Virus record (IMG/VR): IMGVR_UViG_3300032233_001770
Coordinates: 1-27,372 of that record
Origin: a virus
Lineage: Duplodnaviria > Caudoviricetes
Strand: one strand, 5' to 3'
DNA length: 27,372 nucleotides
Below, one piece after another: positions 24,601 to 27,372 of the stretch. How positions within the stretch are numbered: the first letter of the stretch is position 1; the number at the start of each line of letters is the position of its first letter. The position numbers and the translations under genes were made by a program. Under the pieces are notes generated by a model, which had not been told where the DNA came from, did not search any database, and saw only the letters and a program-made list of their open reading frames with translations.

Positions 24601-27266
24601 CTAACTGTGGTATTATTGTCAATTTTTACATAATATGTTCCGTTATTGACTAAGGTTGAACTGCCAATTCCAACACCAATTGCAGTATTTCCGTTAGAAT
24701 TATAAATTACTGCCTCACCATTAACTAAATTATGATCACTTAAGAATGTGAGTTGCCCTGTAGTCGTACTAATACCCCCAGAATTTACAGTTGTTCTTCC
24801 ATCAAAGAAAATTTCTCTTACTCTCTTTTTTAAGATTGGTTCAAAAACAGCACCAGAACCATTTCCACCACTTACTCCGATAGATACAATAGTATTAATA
24901 TCATAATCTTGAGCATCTATATAAACACTTTCAATACTTCCACTAATTACTGGTTGTACCAAAGCAGTTATTCCCACTCCAGTTGAAACTGCTATTGTGG
25001 GAAGATTGATAACATCATAGTTAAATCCACCATTTAATACATTAATATTATCTAATGGTCCATAATAAATTTTATCATTTGACTTATAGTTATTAATTTC
25101 TACGCCATTAATTAACATTCCAACCGAACCAGGAATTGTTAGTTGTCCAATTCCATTTGTAGTATTTACATCTAGTGGAAATTTTTTAAGTACTTTTTGA
25201 GCACCAATTTGTCCAGATTTTTGAGAATATAACGTAAATGTATGAGCACCACTTGATGGGCCAAATTCCAAATAATTGCTTCCACCAACAAATGATCTGG
25301 AAGAATATAATTTAATTTTTTTGTTATCTGTAGATTGAATCTTAACGTAATAACTACCTGTTTCTAATCCAACTAAAGGACTCAATGCTGGTTGATAATA
25401 AATTTTATCTCCAGTAATAAAGGGAACTGCAATATCAAATGCTATGGTTGAATAAGTACCATCTCCAACTGCATCTGTTAAAATTCCAACCGTACCATTG
25501 GGAATTGATGCAGTATTGGTATTTTTTGTTATTTGATATGCATATTGTGCCGATGGATTTACCTTATCAGAAGGTAATGAATTCGAAGCAACATATGCAT
25601 AATCTTCATCGGTATATACATTTTGTATATCTGATAAAACAATATTATTTCCAAATTCAATTGGAACCACTAAACTGTTTGCTGTATTAATCTTTCTTCT
25701 TAAATCATATTTTACTCCAGATTCTGCAGTAAAAACTAAATTATTTAAAATAACAGAATTTTGAGGTTCATTAATATCCGAAATATATGCTATATTTGTG
25801 CTAGAAGATACTACGTTATTAGTATCTCTTTCTACAATCTCAACACTATCTCCAATTTTTAGACTTGACTTATCAATCGGACTAGTTAGAATAAAATTAT
25901 TAATATCTTCTATTTGATATCTAGAACTAGTGTTGTATATCCAAGAATTTGCAAAAATTTCTTTATATGTTTTATTCTGATCAGGGTTCTTGATTAATTC
26001 GCCAAGATTTTTAATAAAAATACTATCACCTTCACTAACATTTAAATTATCAGATACTTGAACAAAATTTGATAATATTCCAGTAATTCTTAATTCAACC
26101 TTTTTCGTAATATCTCCATCTTCATAACCATAATAAATTTCATCAGATCTTATATCATCTGTAGAAGAAATTGTGGATGTAATACCAATACATCCAAAAA
26201 ACTGATTGATACTCTTACTTGTGTAAGTGATGGTATTAATGCCTGATATAATTGTTCCAATTCCAGCAAATCCAATTGTGGAATCTACGGAAATTACTGA
26301 AGATCCAATTGCAACATCTTCAATACATTTTGTATTTGGACTAATTGTAAAATTACCTTCAATTGCAGAAATATCATTGTATCCAACAAACAGTGAAATT
26401 TTAAAGTATTGCTTATTATTTCTAGTAAATGGTTCTACTTCAGATACTGATGCGCTTGTAATATTATCAGTAGATTTTTTAATAGTTTGTCCAACTAACC
26501 TGGAAGGATCTCCAGAGATTCTTTCTGCAATTGCAACTTCTCTTCTAATAAATTCTGCAGAAGATGGTTTGATTAAAAATTCTTCTAAGTTTACAACTCT
26601 AGGAGTTACCCCATATAGAACATTGAATAAAATTCTGAATGATTCATCCGTTCCCTTTGCCTGATAAAAAGATCTTGCTTCCTTTATAAAGTTTCCTACA
26701 TTCAAATTGGAAACAAAATCAATATCCTCTAACCCTGGTGTTAAGGTATACTTTAATTTTTTATAAAATTCTTTTAAAAATAGGGAACTAAGATTTTGTA
26801 CTGAAGATCCTGAAGTATGAGATACTGACGTTGATTCCGAAAATACTAATTCTTCTTGATTTAAATTTGCATGGTAACTTGTAATACCACTAAATCCACG
26901 AATACAACCAGTAAATGTATTTGTGGTTAATCCAGTATATGTGATTATCTCATCATCAATTTTTAATAATCCATAATTTTGTGGAAATCCTTTAGTACTA
27001 CTGACGGTAATTGTAGTATCAGTAGAAGAAATTCCTGAAACAGTATATGTACTATCTACTACTACTTCAGGTGTTAAATTATCTAGTTTTAAATATTGAT
27101 CTAAATTTTCCGCAATATCAATTGGGCCACTTTGATACTCTTGAGAAATATAGTATTGCTTTAAAAATTCTGCAGCATTAGGACTTTCATCCAAAATAAA
27201 ATTCGGAAGTTGGCTCTCAATAACTTGTTGAACCTTAACTCTAGACTCAAATCCAGTCTGTATCAT
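15681..27266 (-). CDS. gp7: Giant baseplate wedge initiator (T4 gp7-like, cyanomyovirus expanded form)
   Basis: 3861 aa between gp6 and gp8. N-terminal SQLPNFI..EFLKQYYISQE and FYQAKGTDESFRILFNVLYG; internal DYYQNLSYTVKS..LHTSGLKNF; many GxGY and H-x-[FL]-x-x-G-D repeat modules; YHYH-like segment. Confidence 0.88.
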   Translation of the reverse strand: MIQTGFESRVKVQQVIESQLPNFILDESPNAAEFLKQYYISQEYQSGPIDIAENLDQYLKLDNLTPEVVVDSTYTVSGISSTDTTITVSSTKGFPQNYGLLKIDDEIITYTGLTTNTFTGCIRGFSGITSYHANLNQEELVFSESTSVSHTSGSSVQNLSSLFLKEFYKKLKYTLTPGLEDIDFVSNLNVGNFIKEARSFYQAKGTDESFRILFNVLYGVTPRVVNLEEFLIKPSSAEFIRREVAIAERISGDPSRLVGQTIKKSTDNITSASVSEVEPFTRNNKQYFKISLFVGYNDISAIEGNFTISPNTKCIEDVAIGSSVISVDSTIGFAGIGTIISGINTITYTSKSINQFFGCIGITSTISSTDDIRSDEIYYGYEDGDITKKVELRITGILSNFVQVSDNLNVSEGDSIFIKNLGELIKNPDQNKTYKEIFANSWIYNTSSRYQIEDINNFILTSPIDKSSLKIGDSVEIVERDTNNVVSSSTNIAYISDINEPQNSVILNNLVFTAESGVKYDLRRKINTANSLVVPIEFGNNIVLSDIQNVYTDEDYAYVASNSLPSDKVNPSAQYAYQITKNTNTASIPNGTVGILTDAVGDGTYSTIAFDIAVPFITGDKIYYQPALSPLVGLETGSYYVKIQSTDNKKIKLYSSRSFVGGSNYLEFGPSSGAHTFTLYSQKSGQIGAQKVLKKFPLDVNTTNGIGQLTIPGSVGMLINGVEINNYKSNDKIYYGPLDNINVLNGGFNYDVINLPTIAVSTGVGITALVQPVISGSIESVYIDAQDYDINTIVSIGVSGGNGSGAVFEPILKKRVREIFFDGRTTVNSGGISTTTGQLTFLSDHNLVNGEAVIYNSNGNTAIGVGIGSSTLVNNGTYYVKIDNNTTVRLYPSSSDYLTGINTIGFNVDNTLGIHKFRTASNKNTISEIKVINGGNGYTNRKLIVNPTGISTINHTINFKNHGFNTGELVTYNYQTSAIGISTLSQYYILNIDNDSFRLCDAGIGGTDTSNYSRENYTKFSSIGSGYQYFSYPDISVSIQYTSVGFGTATQEYQTLIATPKVRGSIIDAYLYETGTGYGSTILNLEKKPLISIKNGKEAQLKPIIINGTIDSVNIQYGGLEYYSTPDLIVVDSTEIGSGAELRPIIVDGKITDVKVVNAGIGYSSASTSIKVKSSGSNAVFDVKIRPLTVNNKFRFGNELLSETQNKLQYSISGYFDILRESFGENEQRVSNIIGWAYDGNPIYGPYGYSDPEDTNSSPKLLTSGYALNPSNITDRPVGFSNGFFVEDYEYTNSGDLDENNGRFAKTPEFPNGVYAYFASLQSGSLEPQFPYFIGNKYRSNTLEENSTLNQSFDFNNSNLLRNTFPYKVSDNYASNDFIIETNEITRQKSIIESVSTGYINNFNIINPGSNYKINDVLNFDSTDTEGGGVIAKVSSIEGKDIVELITSVQNYNNAIFTWNNEQEVKVTILPNHNLSDNDYVVISGFSTNLSKLNNSYQIGVSSYYSNVLKDIPTSSVGVATEIYVTQLPASVSVGSSIAIGTEILSVLEVFKNLNILKVKRGSSGVSHTATTKINFIPDSFTISQNIDYFESKVNDTVYFNPTQSVGVGTISGVTNAITFQFGGATITRNVPTQGIYIENHPFANNQQVIFTSNGAPIAISTSSSGSTFNLPQTVYVTNKNKNTIGIKTTPSSSDVFFRGNGTNNDQYSFRSTYSQKTGKVEKIKSIVSVSTYHGLTAGDTINLNIQPNLSVGIGTSTSVYVKRDITTGNILINPIGFNSTGINTTTGTITINSHNLNTGDKVLYSANLIASGLSTGSYYVYKVDDNSIKLSNTYIDANTVPPTTVSIASTGGKNQSISLINPQIQSIKNNNLVFNLSDSSLSGYNFKIYYDQEFKNEFVSTASTSGFNLSSVGTVGVSTNAIFTINYDTNLPTQLYYNLEKSGDIITADVEVSDYSKILFVDSYYNSDYNISGIGLTTFNISLTKVPEKLTYSQSECDTLIYTTNSISAKGPINKINIVSGGTGYKKLPIFVGSNSTEGQDAYIVAKSSTIGNAKDVRIINDGFEYSSDKTLQPTVYISPSITIKNSNTIQSITVTNGGKGYTDVPSIVIVDTDTGEKIDSGILEAVLSANTIYSVNIAQQPKGLPETTVQLFATNNTNGISIQKVESSSSGIFTCFITTPILGFSTYPFNVGDKVFVEGIQKIGTDGSGFNSEDYGYQFFTVSNYFTGTLDKVVFNLSDVGLTTNTGTAKTIQDSVGNIIKSTDYPSFEVIQIPSPFFIGETIISDNIQRDLIITDYDKNFIKVFGSYKLSIGEIINGKESGNIATIDAITDNLGRFAVDYSLKKDIGWIDDIGKLNQDNQVIPNNDYYQNLSYTVKSPITYQDLRTPVNSLLHTSGLKNFADTVITSTTTLGISSSNATSIIRDIIEENRVDAIYNFDLVKDIDTIENSSKFLKLKNKKLADYNECRTNVVLRIDDISKKFSNSDGQPSEFLNILKLDTGASYNNLLFRVSNSDNSQIQLTELILLNNGFNNFLLEKGSVVNTGVGLTHISGEEIGQFSIVEDEFGNNNLKFTPNDPYNVDYDLKLIKNEFNSTSPGIGTTSIGFINLSGSNIITPSGITTSIISVNSNKFSSLYTNIQVIDSSTNQMNFVEIYLNHDGTDTYISEYYFDSEYQSNNYSGNFIGSFSANISSGILSLNYTNDSTNSTSVRSKIVGFGTTAVGTGTYRFKLPGQLSGYERTAIYQSNYTSTVSAASTSLISLNKTDFNAVKSLIKVSVGSTSALHQIMLVQDVNNVYIQQSPFLSVGSTTGIGTFGGEYSGNNFILKFYPDSSITSTINILSYSQCLYTLLDDVNIPPNLTYGNVSESVEVNFYNSVNGDRVNRTQFDLTSNGYPIFAKTFDPSNTLQLNRATGIFTIPNHFFSNTEQLIYTPKSTFLGIGSTAMMISPTNVLPSTVFAIKIDNNTFKLATTKNNAQSGIGVTFTSVGEGNAHELAMFKRNEKAIITIDNLVQYPLLFTPISHTLSGNGGQISTESTLFALSGISTIKPKDILKIDNEYMGIISVGLGTTNIGPITNSGAISLVEVSRGFVGSSATSHTDSTTARVYKGSYNIVGNKIFFAESPRGNPQIERDSSNLVFETSDFTGRVFLRNDYTTNQIYDDISNQFTGIGRTFTLTVGGANTVGLGSTGGNGILFINSVFQTPTTSNNPKNNFKIIENSTLGISSVVFSGITSANTLDIFTSQFDVNQNQTPRGGIIISLGSSTGLGYAPLVGAAVTAVVGAGGSIVSVGLGTTDNRGSGYNGIVSIGVSVYESGHNGTPAVITASIGAGGKLSFNVGTGGTGYTNPKIFVSEPSYENLTVTGVSRLGVGATTKTGVGLLLNVEVGVTSTAGIGSTYFGVTKFNISRQGYSFQRGDVFKPVGLVTDSRLASPLSDFKLTVIDTFTDSFAAWQFGEFNYIDSVKNYQDGIRTRFPLFYNSELLSFEIAEGSQVNLSNALLIVINGVIQDPEVAYQFDGGTSFVFTTAPKPEDNVAIFFYRGTAGDDSILITDINETIKRGDTVQVLKNNSIFGTKTQNKRTVFDLSFSDKFETNLYSDQGVDTQNYKPLSWIKQKVDRKINGENVYKTRDSIESLVYPTAKVIKKFSSTDTEIFVDNAEFFNYNSPGQFNGLIVNGISTITSGSIELISNISLVNGFSGIITGITTAVGSGGNPLALKFHLNASSYVGLQTGYPIYIFDTRVGNGVTSIDNSNTAVVGVGSTFLDNIYYIHQFSSSGTTGIITCNIKSNTSVVGLTTTGNVSNPVGKFSWGRLSGFTRSTSPISIGVSGNTIDVGLSTFPTIQRRGTGLRDTGALPKVL

Positions 27267-27267
27267 A

Positions 27268-27372
27268 TTACTTTCTTGTTAAATTCCCGTTTGAATAACT
27301 TGACGTATAGTAATCTCTAGAAAATACCGTTCCTGATATTTCATCACCAGAAGCAATTACGTCTCTTACCAT
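27268..27372 (-). CDS. gp6: Baseplate wedge subunit gp6, C-terminal fragment (5' part outside the window)
   Basis: Manual translation ...MVRDVIASGDEISGTVFSRDYYTSSYSNGNLTRK*, with the stop 1 nt before the gp7 ATG. The D.IASG..ISG..SSYSNG.L.R ending and the position match cyanomyovirus gp6. Confidence 0.78.
   Translation of the reverse strand: MVRDVIASGDEISGTVFSRDYYTSSYSNGNLTRK

Noticed and set aside
581-26664. All plus-strand ORFs in the track (e.g. 581..982, 1209..1555, 6286..6618, 15637..15951, 17956..18333, 26227..26664)
   Set aside because: They are antisense shadows of well-supported minus-strand genes, with S/F/L-rich or mirror-codon composition and no recognisable motifs.
6731-27266. 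Inteins, introns or homing endonucleases as the explanation for the giant ORFs
   Set aside because: No intein splice motifs or LAGLIDADG/HNH/GIY-YIG signatures were seen; the size is explained by repeated structural modules.
1-27372. tRNA, structured ncRNA, intrinsic terminators or genetic-code reassignment
   Set aside because: Intergenic gaps are at most about 34 nt with no GC stem-loops; TAA, TAG and TGA all end genes at the expected positions.

Overview
This window is an AT-rich (roughly 30% GC by eye), densely coding segment of a T4-like myovirus, most similar in organisation to cyanomyoviruses (Kyanoviridae-like). All credible genes are on the minus strand and form the late virion-morphogenesis module. 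In transcription order: gp6 C-terminus, giant gp7 (3861 aa), gp8, a VrlC/DUF4815-type structural protein (2459 aa), a 66-aa coiled-coil ORF, a 56-aa NblA-like ORF missing from the ORF track, a 114-aa structural ORF, a 138-aa mini-fibre-like ORF, gp13, gp14, gp15, gp16, a 375-aa modular protein, and a >329-aa ORF (also missing from the track) that runs off the left edge. T4-type late promoters (TATAAATA) precede gp8 and the 114-aa ORF. The main points of interest are: (1) a hidden NblA-like phycobilisome-degradation gene inside the tail/baseplate operon; (2) a short G-[IVLF]-[GSTA]-[ST] motif repeated dozens of times across unrelated outer virion proteins, possibly a virion-wide modification sequon; (3) a 375-aa protein that looks like a prohead-protease-processed polyprotein with an internal capsid-targeting-like sequence. 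All family assignments come from motif recognition and gene order, not database searches.
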